This document shows positions 38,897 through 50,469 of a stretch of 64,000 nucleotides of DNA, in pieces. The translations under genes and the position numbers were made by a program. Source of the DNA: Chlorokybus atmophyticus. Taxonomy: Eukaryota; Plantae; Mesostigma and Chlorokybus algae. The notes beneath the pieces were generated by a model, which was not told the DNA's origin, did no database searches, and saw only the letters and a program-made list of their open reading frames with translations. The stretch is from positions 376,579 through 440,578 of the forward strand of contig RHPI01002910.1 of assembly GCA_009103225.1 (NCBI GenBank). The letters are read 5' to 3'. Position 1 is the first letter of the stretch. The number at the start of each line of letters is the position of its first letter.

Positions 38897-39610
38897 TGCA
38901 CTCAGGCAACAGCAGCGCCATGTCCGTCCCCGCGGTAATATCAATGTAAGCAGCAGGACGGTCCTAGTAGAACACTGCACTTTTGCACTGACCTTGGAGT
39001 GGGTCATGACGGCACTGCTAGCCAGCGAGCAGTAGATTATTTTCTGAAGTGAAGATGTCATTCCTACCAACTACTGTACTCAAACTGTCGTCAGATATGA
39101 CTTGTTGCACACTCTGAGCTTGCATTGTTCCCAATGACGCAAATGCTGTGAGGGCCTCTGCTGTCGGGTTGTTTTGAATCAGCTGCTTGCTGGTACAGGA
39201 GGGTAGTGTCCAGTAGCATCATGACATCTGACCATTGGCATGTGTACGTCATTGCTTACAGTGCCTGGCTTCTACTCTTGCTCTTGCGCGTAGCATCCTG
39301 CACTTCAGCATGTTGATTTATATTACCAGCAGCATTGCACGACAGCAAATAAACGTACCACTACTATGGGCACAGTCACGTCCATGGCCACAACATTATA
39401 GCGAAAGTGTCCTGCTCTTCTGTATACACAGGCAGCCTGTGTGGACAGGTGATTACTTCATGCATGCTTGTACGACCAATCAGGAAGGGTAATAGTGGTA
39501 GCATAGAAGGTAGACATAGCAGTAGCTTGGTGGTGAATCATATGATGTGAATGGCGCTTGAATGTGTTTGCCGGTTGCTAGCACATTCAAGCACTATATA
39601 TAATAGGGCG

Positions 39611-39939
39611 CCGCTACCGGAGTCCAATGTGCCTCGGAGCGTCAAGTTGGGAGTGGTGGAATCGCAGTACGTGTGGTTCATCCGCGTGTGCACGTATCGC
39701 ACTCAATTTATCAACGCTATGACGGACCTGCTCACAGCGATGCAGTCGGAGGGCCTCTTTGAAACGGATGTTGGCGACGCATGATGCGCAACAACACGTA
39801 TGCGTACTGCACCCCCCCGGCATTGTTGTACAAGATGGTGTACCTCGCTTTGCAGAAACACCGGCGCGCAAAGGCGACTATCGCAGACACCACGTCAGCG
39901 GGACCAGACAACGTGCGCGGGGAGCAGGCTGCTTGGTAA
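39611..39939 (+). mobile_element. Probable 5'-truncated Penelope-like (or other TPRT) retroelement 3' fragment
   Basis: With one frameshift it reads PESNVPRSVKLGVVESQYVWFIRVCTYRTQFINAMTDLLTAMQSEGLF...WRRMMRN...LLYKMV. This resembles the post-RT helical segment of PLEs (S.hP...k.gvv.sq..R..RiCs...F). No RT core is present upstream. Confidence 0.45.
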
Positions 39940-40905
39940 CGCAGCCTGCCCGTGCTAAGAACACAGCCGTCCAACCCCACCACCCAACCCCACCAGCACC
40001 ACCTAACTGCCAGCGCTACACAGTGCAGTGCCCTAGTGCCACAGTGCAACACTGCATGCCAGCCTGCAGAACGAGAGGCTGGGCAGAGGGGCGGGGCAGA
40101 GGGGCCTTGCCAGATCAGCGGCGACAAGGGTTTGCAGTTGAGGCGACGGCACAATGACAGCAAGAGGAGGAGGGGGAGGCGGAGGAGAGAGAACAGGCGG
40201 AGCGGGGGACGAAGAAGTAGGGAAGCAGGGGAAGGACAGACAGAGAGGGAGAGAGGGAGGGAGACTGTGGGAGAGGGGGAGAGAGGGAGGGAGAGGGAGT
40301 GTGCTGCATGCTGCCTGCTGCTGTTACGCTGCACCTGGACTACCGTGGTTGACGCTGCTGCTCGTGTGTTGCACAGGTAATCAACCAACAATACGCATGT
40401 ATGCATGCCTAACGGGGAGGTCTAGAGTAGGGTAGTGTGGTAGGTAAACAGGCAGTCATTATAGCCCGGTGGTGGTGTATGTGACTGTGTTTGCATGCTG
40501 GTTGGTATGCTATGCTGTTGTGACGTCATGCATGTCGCCAATTGTCTCGCGCATATCCTGTACACCATGCATGCTCGAATAATTGCCACTTGCATTGCAG
40601 CACACCACTTCTTGTACAGCCATCTATGAAATCATAGTCAATACTGTATGTCCACATGTACATGGCATCATGATTGTATGGTACTACCAATGCACGCTAG
40701 TTAATTACAAATGAAAGTGTATTGGGCAAGTGAGGCCACATGCTTCACCAAGCTTAGCAACCACTATGGATGGACTTGATCAGTGCATGCTGCCCTTGCC
40801 AAAAGTGCAAGAGCGTATGCGCGCTGTCGGAACACACGCAATTTGTTACACAACCAATCATTTGAACAATTGTTGCCGCAAGTTTAGTATCAAGATGACA
40901 CGCCC

Positions 40906-40972
40906 ATAGCATGTATAAGTACCACCTGCCGAGCGCCTCCTGCGCTCGGCAGGTGGTACCTATACATGCTAT
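40906..40972. repeat. 31-bp inverted repeat (1 mismatch) with 5-nt loop
   Basis: ATAGCATGTATAAGTACCACCTGCCGAGCGC-CTCCT-GCGCTCGGCAGGTGGTACCTATACATGCTAT. Confidence 0.9.
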
Positions 40973-41829
40973 CCTCACGCCCCTTGCGCGCTACCATACC
41001 CCGTTGCTGCTTAAGAGTCTATCTAGGTCCAAAGTTGTAGTCTAATAAGACTGCTATGATGGGACGCTAATTACATTTTAGAGTTGAACTCTGCCTTGGC
41101 TCTCGTTGAGATTGTGTGCTTGTGTCACACCAGTGGTCTAGAAGGGGCCAACTTTCTCGTTGCTGCTTACAGCCAGGCACCACTCCCGCGCTACCAGCAT
41201 CAGCAGACACTACACTGGGCTATGCCTACAGCCAGGCATCGACCCCGGCTATCAGCATGGGTCCCGCGCGACACTGAGCAGGTGTGAGACAGTTCTCGTA
41301 GGTACCTAGGACAAGTCATAGCTGTGCTATGATCCGTTGTGAGTTCACTTTGGCCCTATCTAGGTCATTTCATAAACTAGTCATTGTTCTAGAGCTGCGC
41401 AGCTATCATTGAAATATAAAGGCATAAGATTTTCTTCACACGTTAATGGTACTTTAAGTGAGAACTGGGAATTTAGTATTGAGACATACGTAAGCTGATC
41501 TTCGGAGTGCTCTGAACCGAGTCTTAAAGCTTGTGGCTTGATGTGACTGCAGCACCTCACCGCCCCGGTTACCAAGACACATCTACACGTGAGAGAGCAG
41601 CGTATTCATACGATCATTGTTAATCACTTAATGTGACTGTGGCTGCGTGGGCGCATGTTGTGCAGTCCGCATTTGATTGTGTGATATCCACGTGTTGCCG
41701 CATTCATACACCTCACTTAACAGTGGAACTAATTTTGACCTCATGCAAGGAATTATAAAAGCAGCACTACCTCTAGTAGTGGCTTGTTAACTTACAGTAC
41801 CATCCTTCTTGTACAAGCGAGTGTCGTGC

Positions 41830-42071
41830 ATCTGTCGTGCCTGCCATGGTCGAGGGTCACGCCGTCTCGAACACACTACAGACAATCGCTCATGTCGTGG
41901 GCATGCTGGGCATGGTGCTGCGAGCAGCATTTAAGCAGCACAAACAAAGACAACCCCCCAGACATAGGCATAAGCTCGGGGATGAACCGATGTGAGGATC
42001 TGATGAGTAGTAGAGCTGGTGACGCTCTCCCCCTTACTGTACCTATTGTGCGGTAGTACACACAGTAAACA
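41830..42071 (-). repeat. Diverged second copy of the Gypsy 3' LTR-like sequence
   Basis: Aligns with 42715-42937 (for example GTAGTAGAGCTGGTGACGCTCTCCCCCTTACTGT and CAACCCCCCAGACATAGGCAT). Same orientation. A further inverted fragment of the same family lies at ~41215-41275. Confidence 0.75.
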
Positions 42072-43019
42072 AGCCACAACGATATGTAGTGCTGTATACA
42101 CAGTTCTTTGCATGAGTGGTTGATGTATTACACTGTTAAGTGAGGTGAATGAAACAAGCAACTCAGAGAGAGTGCTATGTCTTGACTAGTGCAGCAAACA
42201 CACCACCGCCAAGCTCACAGCAATGACAAGCACAGCGCACAAGAGCATACACCGTATCTCACGTGGTAAGGCTGTCCTTGGCAATCAGGACGGTGTGCTT
42301 CCAGTTCAAGTCGTTTCACAAGCTCTTAAAGTCAGAGTCTCTACTCTTAGTACTCGCTCATAGTGTCACCAGCGAGTTTAGTGACATGACTTCCTACTTA
42401 TACATGTAAAATCATGGCTGTGCAGTGCTACGCGAGTACTAGGCCAACGGTCACATCGAGGCCCTATGCTATTACGGAAATATCCTAAGACTTGATATAG
42501 CACATGAGCTGATAATAGATTCCTAACTGATCAGCTACGCGCGGTTCCTACAGAGAGGTCTATGAAGTAGCCCTAGCTACATGCTACATGGAGTACGAAG
42601 TAGCTAGCAGTAGAATGGGGCGCGCGCGGTCTTCATGCTGATAGCTCGGGCTTGTGGCTGGATGTAGGCATGCTCGAGGAGGACTGGCATGCGAGGGTAG
42701 TTGGCATGACAGCTGTCGTGCCTGCTATCGTTGAGGGTCACCCCGTCTCAAACACACTACAAACGAGCGCTCATGCCGGTGGCATGCTGGTGCTGCGCGC
42801 AGCATTAGAGCAATACAATCAGAAACAACCCCCCAGACATAGGCATAGGCTTGGGGATGAACCTATGTGAGGATCTGATTAGTAGTAGAGCTGGTGACGC
42901 TCTCCCCCTTACTGTGCGGTAGTACACACAGTCAACAAGCCACCCCCCATTGAAGTTCTGGGGTAGCCTTCTGCTCCAGAACTCAGCTTTTACCAACTGT
43001 GTTGGGGATCGTCGATGCG

Positions 43020-43157
43020 GCAGTCATCGCACCAATATTCCCACAGCGGCACCTTGTCAAATGGAGGGTCAATGCAGTAACAGTGCATGCCTTGGTTGCA
43101 GCCTTCGCATAACAGCATCACCGGGTTGTTGTCGGCACTGCCACATCTCTCGCAGCA
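43020..43157 (-). pseudogene. PHD finger at the C-terminus of the Gypsy integrase
   Basis: CERCGSADNNPVMLLCEGCNQGMHCYCIDPPFDKVPLWEYWCDDC is a canonical C4HC3 pattern. One frameshift separates it from the upstream VNCAPCHLP segment. Confidence 0.88.
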
Positions 43158-43825
43158 ATCGCGGGTGCTGGATCTTGCAAAAGCCAGCGACGTGGGGAAG
43201 ATGACAGGGCGCGCAGTTCACCATGTTGTCCTTCATGCGTTTGCCTTGTTGTCCCAGCAGGTCCAGTACCCCTGTGGGATACACCTTCAATACCTTATGG
43301 ACAACGCACCCGACGGAGGTGTCGAGGGTGTCGTATGTGGCTGCCATGTGGTAGACGAAGTCTTCTGGCCATGGTCACAAGGTACGCGACTTTTAGACCA
43401 ATAGTACGCGTTTGGACGCGTACAGAGACCCCGCGTACCTAATACGCAGTCTGTACGCAGTCTGTACGCCAGTGTAACTGGGTTACGCTCCAGTTACGCT
43501 GAGATACAGCTTAGCACTGTATCTCAACCGTAACTGGTCAGTCTAGTGTAACTAGGCGGCGGTGCAGGCAACATAGTTGGCGGCAGCGGCGGCGTTAGCG
43601 GCGGCAGGCAGGTGGGAACGGCGCTCCTTTAGCTGCAAGCTTCATCTCTCAAGCTACTGTAGCTGCGCCTGATAGCCATTAGCTACAAGGTGTGTGCGTG
43701 GGTATGCACTGGTTGCCTGCATGCTTGGCTATGCGCCCATCATACATCATGCAGCCTGCAAGTCATACCATCAACGTGCTATATGTGATTTGCATGTGTT
43801 CATAATAGTGTTTGTTTATGTTAGA

Positions 43826-46344
43826 ATGACGCAAAGTGCGCTGTGGAAGCACGTCGACATAATAGAGAGAAAGCCTCATGGCAACTTTCGTGTGAGGTGT
43901 GTTTATTGCGAGCACGAGTGGACAGGAAGTGTTTCACGTATTGGTGCCCATCTGAGTGGTGAACGTGGAGTCACCAAGTGCACAACCCCTCCCGAGGAGA
44001 TCGTCTTGCAACTTACACAAGCCAAGAAAGACAAGGAGAAAGAGGGTGAGAAGAGGAGGAGGTTGGACTTGCTAGATCAACTCACATCCGCCATTGGGGA
44101 TGCTGGTGCAGGTACTTGAATGCATGCGTGCATGCATTGAAGCTTGGCAAGCAGTGGTGCTGCTCATCACGCATCAAATCAATCACATTGTGCTATAGAT
44201 TCAAGCGCCACCGTTCCTTCTAGTCAACAACAAACTCTTGATGCAACTTTCAAGCGTGGGGATAAAGCGCATGTGGATGAAGCCATTGCTCGGTTTTTCT
44301 TCAGCAATGGCATCCCCTTCAACGTGGCAAGGTCCCCTTACTTTATCGCAGCAATGAAAGCGGTTGGCAAGTTTGGCGCTTCATATACCCCTCCCTCATC
44401 CGAGGCGCTTCGCACAACCTTGTTGGAAAAGGAGTATGCTAGGGTGAATGGCGAACTTGCAGTCATCAAGGACTCAACACGAGAAACCTCATGCACAATT
44501 GCTAGCGATGGATGGTCGGACACGTCCAACCGTCCATTGTTGAATGTGCTCATGGTGAGTCCTAAAGGAGAAGTTTTTCTTCAAGCAATCAACACGGAAG
44601 GGAAGGAGAAGACGGCGGAGTATGTATCCGAGCAGCTGATCTCCACCATTGATGAAGTAAGTGGTGCACTCGTTCATTGCCATTATAGATTGTGTACACA
44701 ACCATGCTAAGTAACACATGCAAGCACTGACTGGCAGCACTTTATGAGCACATGCATCACACGCGCATGCTCATGCTCGCACCCGACACAAGTACGCATG
44801 CGTGTGACACATGCATGCACTGACTGGCAGCACTTTGTGAGCACATGCATTACACGCGCATGCTCATGCTCGCACACAACACAAGTACTTATGCGTGTGA
44901 CACATGCACGCACTGACTGGCAGCACTTTGTGAGCACATGCATCACACACGCATGCTCATACACGCACACAACACAAGTACTTATGTGTGTAACTTGCAG
45001 GTGGGGTCCGCGAATGTGATACAAGTTGTCATGGACAATGCAAGCGTGTGCGTAGCTGCTGCACGTCTGATCACTAGCGAATACCCGCACATCACATGGA
45101 CGCCGTGCACCGCGCATTGCTTGGACTTATTGCTTGAGGATATAGGCAAGTTGGAGTGGGTTAAAAGCGTGGTGGCTGATGGCAAACGCATAGTGAAGTT
45201 CATTACCAACCACCATCGTTCCTTGGCCATCTTCCGCTCCAAAGCCAAGCTAGAGCTGCTCAAGCCAGGTGAAATAGCATGCGTGCATGTGTGTAGTTAG
45301 AGATCAACTTAGTACAAGCGCAAGATTAATGGTAGACAGCAACCATGTGAAATTGCAGCTGATTGCCCGCGCATGCATGCATGCTCATGTCATGCGCGTG
45401 CTTGTTTGCTCATAGCTACTTGTTGTGCAGGAGATACTCGCTTCGCAACGTCATTCATAACTCTTGCAAGGCTAGTCGAGGTCAAAGACGCTCTCGACGA
45501 GGTGGTGGTGAGCAGGGACTGGAAGGCTTGGGCCGACAAGGGTGTGCATAAGCAAGAAGCTGCTGCAGTCAGAGCGTTGATCTTGGCACCAGATTTCTGG
45601 TCACAAGTGGCATTAGTGAATGCGGTGTCGGCCCCCATCGTGGATCTGCTGCGTTTGGTTGATGGGAACTTGCCCACCATAGGCAAAGTGTACGCCAAGA
45701 TGTTTCGTGTTGGCGACCAGCTCAAGCATCTGAAGGGCATGACTGAACAACAACGACTTGATGTGCGCGCCTGTTGGAGGGACAGGTGGATCATGCTGCA
45801 TAGTGACATGCATGCAGCAGGCTATGTGCTGGATCCCGAATATTGGGGTCATGAGCAGCACACCAATGAGGAAGTTATGGAAGGCTTTGCAACGATGGTG
45901 GAGAGGGTCCTGCAGTCCCATGACAAGGTTGACTTGGCGTTGCAACAGCTACACATGTACCGAAGTAAGATGGGGCTGTTCGGCAAAGAGGCAGTGCAAC
46001 GAGCGGCTCTCACAATGCCCGCGCATGCTTGGTGGCACATGTATGGTGGTAGTGTACCCGAGTTGCAGCAGCTAGCGATGCGCGTGTTGGCTCAACCATC
46101 ATCAGCTTGTAGCTGTGAGAGATCCTGGAGCACGTACGACTTCATCCACTCAAAGAGAAGGAATCGGCTGCAAGCACGCAGGGCAGAGAAGTTGGTGTTT
46201 GTCTTCACCAACTTGAGGCAGCTGAAGAAGATCCACAACCCACATTATGTGCAGGAGTTTGTTGAGTGGGAGGCAGACTCTGATGTGGACGTGTTGTCTA
46301 GTAATGATGATGAGGGGGGCGAGTCTGATGATTACTCGGTGTAA
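43826..46344 (+). CDS. hAT transposase (BED finger, DUF659-type DDE core, hATC dimerisation domain), 4 exons, 641 aa, apparently intact
   Basis: Exons 43826-44111, 44199-44656, 45001-45268 and 45431-46344 total 1926 nt with no internal stop. Motifs: CVYC..H..C, SDGW, MDNA, CTAHCLDL, TRFA, WW..YG, SCERSWS. Confidence 0.92.
44716..44994. repeat. Three tandem 93-bp units in hAT intron 2
   Basis: ACATGCA(A/T/C)GCACTGACTGGCAGCACTTT... recurs at 44716, 44809 and 44902. Confidence 0.93.
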
Positions 46345-49300
46345 CTAGGCAGACACATGTGATGGGCTATGTCTGCACACATGCTTCGCTGTAACATAGT
46401 GTTCTCTGCTCATTGTTTACTGTTGTGCACATGTACGCAAGTAGCATGCTTGATGCTCGTGAAGCAACACGACAAAACTGCCACTGTAGCGTACTGCCAC
46501 GTACTGGCATAAATGGGTACATGTATGTACGCGTACACCACCGCTCACGTACTAAACGCGTACTGTGTACCATGTGACCATGCTTCTGGCTAGAAGCGGC
46601 GTTCTCGCTCCTTGTCGAACCGCTGCGCTCGTAGCGAAGCGTGTCGCGGTGCTGAACAATGCGCGTGTTGTTTAATGCCATGGGGACAATGTGTTCGAAC
46701 AGCGCGCTGCGCACTGTTAGATCATACAGCATCGTCGGGGTTGTTAAGATTGTCCACCACTCTGTCGACCTCCTGCTGTGCGCAGAATGGGAGCAATGGC
46801 TGCCTTCCAAACAGAAAATAGTACGGGCTGTACTCCCGCAGTGCTGCCTGCTCGGATAGCCGGTACCCAAGTGCTACCCATGGAAGGTGGTCATCCCATG
46901 TGGTTTTCTCGTAGTCGAGGACGCACTTGCGCAAAGCCTTCTTGATGGTCTGCATAGTTCGCTCAGCGAGACCATTGGCTTGTGGATGGTCGCGTGAAGT
47001 GCGGCGATAATCGATAAAGCATCTATCCATGAGTTTGTCGAGGGCTACTCTAAACTCCGTACCTTGGTCGGTGATGACTTCAGCACAGCTGCCGAAGCGT
47101 CCGAGTACGTGGAGAGGAAAGCCGAGGCTACTCCCTCGCTGCTCTTGTCGGGTAGGGGCACCAGCTCCACCCACTTGAAGAAGTGCTCGATCATGACGAG
47201 GGTGTAGTGGTTGCCTTGTGCTGAGGGCGATAAGTGCCCGAGGATGCCCAGTCCCAGCGGTAGAACAGTTCCGAAGGGGAGGGGATGCAAGGTGGCGTTG
47301 CGCGTGTTCAGGCTCGCGCGGACCATGTCGCACTGCTGGCAGTTGCTGACAAACTCGCGCACCTGTTTGTGCACCTCATACCACCAGATTCGAGTCCTGA
47401 CAAGGCTGGCCGTACGCTTAACACTGAAGTGTGCGAGCTCTGTGTGAAGGGCAGCAATAATGCCTTCTCGCGCAGTTGGTGTTGGGACCTCCTTGTCCTC
47501 ATTCTGTATCCGTCGATGCAGCTTGTGGTCGGCCCAGCGATAGCGCTGAGAGCGTTAACCAACGCGGTCCTTCTCGTGCGCGCTCGTGCCCGCTTAAAAT
47601 TGACCAGGCCGGAGCAGTGCGAGGGATAACTTGTCCAGCCACATGTCATGTCGCGTGTCGGTGGGTGCCAACTTCTCATCGTCCACCTCATGGCCGGCGG
47701 CGAGCGCTTCTTCTGATAAGGGATCGGTAATAATGACAGTGACGATGGGCCCGAGAGAAGGCACGTCCTCGTTTGCTGTTGCCTCAATGGTTTGGGTCTT
47801 GCGTCTTAAACGTAGCGCAGCGACAGCGAACATGGTCGCTACACGTGAAGGTGCGGCTGCAGGACCCAACTCGTGTCGGGCTCCTGTCGCATCGTTGGTG
47901 CTGCGGTGGGGGTTGCGATTAAGGCCGTCTGCGTTGTGGTTGGACAGGCCTGCCCAATGCTCCACCTCAAAGTTATACTCCTGCAGTAGTAGCACCCACC
48001 GTGCTAGCTTGCCTATCAAATGCTGGTTGGTCATCAGCCACATCAGTGGTTGGTGGTCGGTGATCAGTTAGACCTGCCGTCCAAACAGAAAGGGGCGGAA
48101 GAACGAGATGGCCCATACTGCGGCGAAACACTCCCCCTTGCAGCTGCTGTAGTTGGCCTCAGCACTGTTGTTGCTGCAGCTGGCATACGATACTACGCGC
48201 TCCGTTTTGTTGTCATTATGCTGCACAAGCACAGCGCCCATGCCGAGCTTGCTTCAATTTATGTGCAGCTAGAATGAATTGTTGTAGTAAGGTCGCTAAA
48301 GAGTGGGAGCTGTGGTGAGTCAGAGCGTCAATTCCTTAAAGGCCTCTTGTTGTGCCTCCTTCCACAGGAACTTCGTGTCCTTCCTTAGCAGCTCGTTGAG
48401 TGGCCGCGATCTTCGCAAAGTCCTTGAAGAAGCGTCTGCAGTAGTTGGTAAAGCCGAGGAAAGCACGCAGTCGCGTGAGATCCGTGGGGGCAGGTATGGC
48501 CACCAGTGCCTCCACCTTAACCTGATGTACATACACACCGTGGGGCACAATCGTGTGCCCTAGGTACGGTACCTTGTGGGTAAAGAAGGCGCACTTGTCG
48601 GGGTGCACCGTCATCCCTACTTCCTTCAGTCTGTGTAGCACCTCCCCGATGTGCCTGAGATGCTCCTCATTGCTGCGACTGAAGATGAGGATGTCGTCGA
48701 TGTAGCAACGTGCAAAGTCCAATCCCTTGAGGGCTTTGTCCATGACGCGCTGAAACTTGGCAGGAGCATTCTTTAGTCCGAAGGGCATGACCTTCCACTG
48801 GTACAGCTGCCGGTTGTCTCAAAAAGAGGTCTTGTGCTTATCCTCCTCCTTGATGGCAATCTGGTTGTACCCTTAGCGCATGTCCAGGATATGAAGATTG
48901 TACAGTCTCCTACATCATTAAAGATACCTTCTGCAGTAGGCATCGGATACCTGTCTTGCTTAATCTTGGTGTTGAGGGGGCGGTAGTCACCGCACATACG
49001 CCGGTATGTCCAATTGCCTGCTGAATCCTTCTTCAAGGCATGACGATTGCGGCCGCAAAGTCCAATGTGAACTCTTCAATTAGGCCTGCAGCTAACAGAG
49101 CCTTGCACCTCTGCTCCACCAAGTCTTCTTCCAACTTGGAGACTCGGTACTGTTGTCGGAACACCGGTTCGGCGTTCATCAACTCGATGTCCATCTGGTA
49201 AACTGAGCAGATGCTCAGTTCCTTCACGCTAAAGCCGGACTGACTCCTCCGCTTGTTGAGGAGAGCCCCGAGTTGTTCCCGCGTCTGGCCTGTAGCCATT

Positions 49301-49499
49301 GGTCCAATGGCATGGGACCAAGAGGTAGCATTGGCGACTACTGAAATGTCCTCCACAATGACTGCTGCCTGCTCCTTTATGCGGGTGGTTTCGAAGGCGG
49401 TGTGTGCCGCATCGGTCTCTCGAACGCGATCAACCCACCCCCCCGCCCAGTGTTCGAGCTCCTGAAAGGACACGTAACGGTCCTGGAGAGCAAAGCATT

Positions 49500-50469
49500 T
49501 CTCCAACAACCACACTATGCTGTTCTGGTCCATTGCGCGTCCCAACAACTGACATTGCTGACTGTCGGTCAGCATAGAACCTGTGATACTACCTGAAGAG
49601 AATCCCATGGCGCGTTCGCGCTCACGGGCGCTGGGTTCCTCCAGTCGGCCTGTCTTGGAATCCAACACCATGCCTTCGCCTTGGTTGCGGAAGGCGTATA
49701 ATCTTGGGTAAGACACGAGAGTGGGGAGCGCACGACGTGGTTGACCAGGCTGGTTGCATTTGTAGAAGTGCTGGTGACCGTGTCACGTGACCGGTTGTGC
49801 TGCGCGCCCAGGGTCTAGGATAGCGTTGACGGTGAGGTCGCGCGGACAACTGCAGTGCAGATTTTCAGCAGCAAAGAGATCTTCGACTGTAGCCAGGTTG
49901 GTCCACTTGGCGCGGACGCGATAAGCACGACATCCATGACGCGCTGCATTGATTATAAGAGGATGCCCCATCAAGGAATACACCTGTCAAATGATGCTGG
50001 CCATGTGATGACGTTTATCGTCCGCAGAGTGCACGATTGTTATGATGTACCCCAGAGGCCCGGACAGCTGATTGCTCTGCAGGAGTTTAGTGACGTGCAT
50101 CAGTTCCCAAAACAGTCGCGAGCAACCAGAGAGTCCTTGGCCTCTGCCTGCTCTGGAGTGTCCTTGACACTCCCATCTTGCTATCAGCAGGTCGATGTTG
50201 CCCACTGCCAGGAGGTTATCCGCAGTGATTAATTGGATATCCTGTGGCAGTGCCTTCAGACTGCCTTGCAGTGCCGATAGTGGCAGCTGCTGCGGGTAGC
50301 ATTTGTGTACGTGGCGAAAGTGGTGGCTAAGGGCAATCTGTGCGTTTGGACTAAGGTCACAGTAAAAGTACTTGGTGACCGTCGCGCCGGTGTTGAGGAT
50401 AGCGGTGAGGCCACTACCTATACCTCCAAACAGTTCCAACACGGTGATGCCTTGTTGTCGGCAAAACAC
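49500..50469 (-). pseudogene. C5-cytosine DNA methyltransferase domain inside Gypsy pol
   Basis: Motif I VLELFGGIGSG; motif IV DLLIARWECQGHSRAG (Cys kept); degenerate VI YIITIV; VIII AARHGCRAYRVRAKWTN; IX ERERAMGF; X QLLGRAMD. All in one frame with two TGA stops. Confidence 0.87.

Larger units (their letters stand above)
43370..46582 (+). mobile_element. Full-length hAT DNA transposon (3213 bp)
   Basis: 16-bp TIRs CATGGTCACA(A/T)GGTAC. Perfect 8-bp TSD CTTCTGGC at 43362-43369 and 46583-46590. Subterminal GTACGCG repeats at both ends. Confidence 0.95.
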
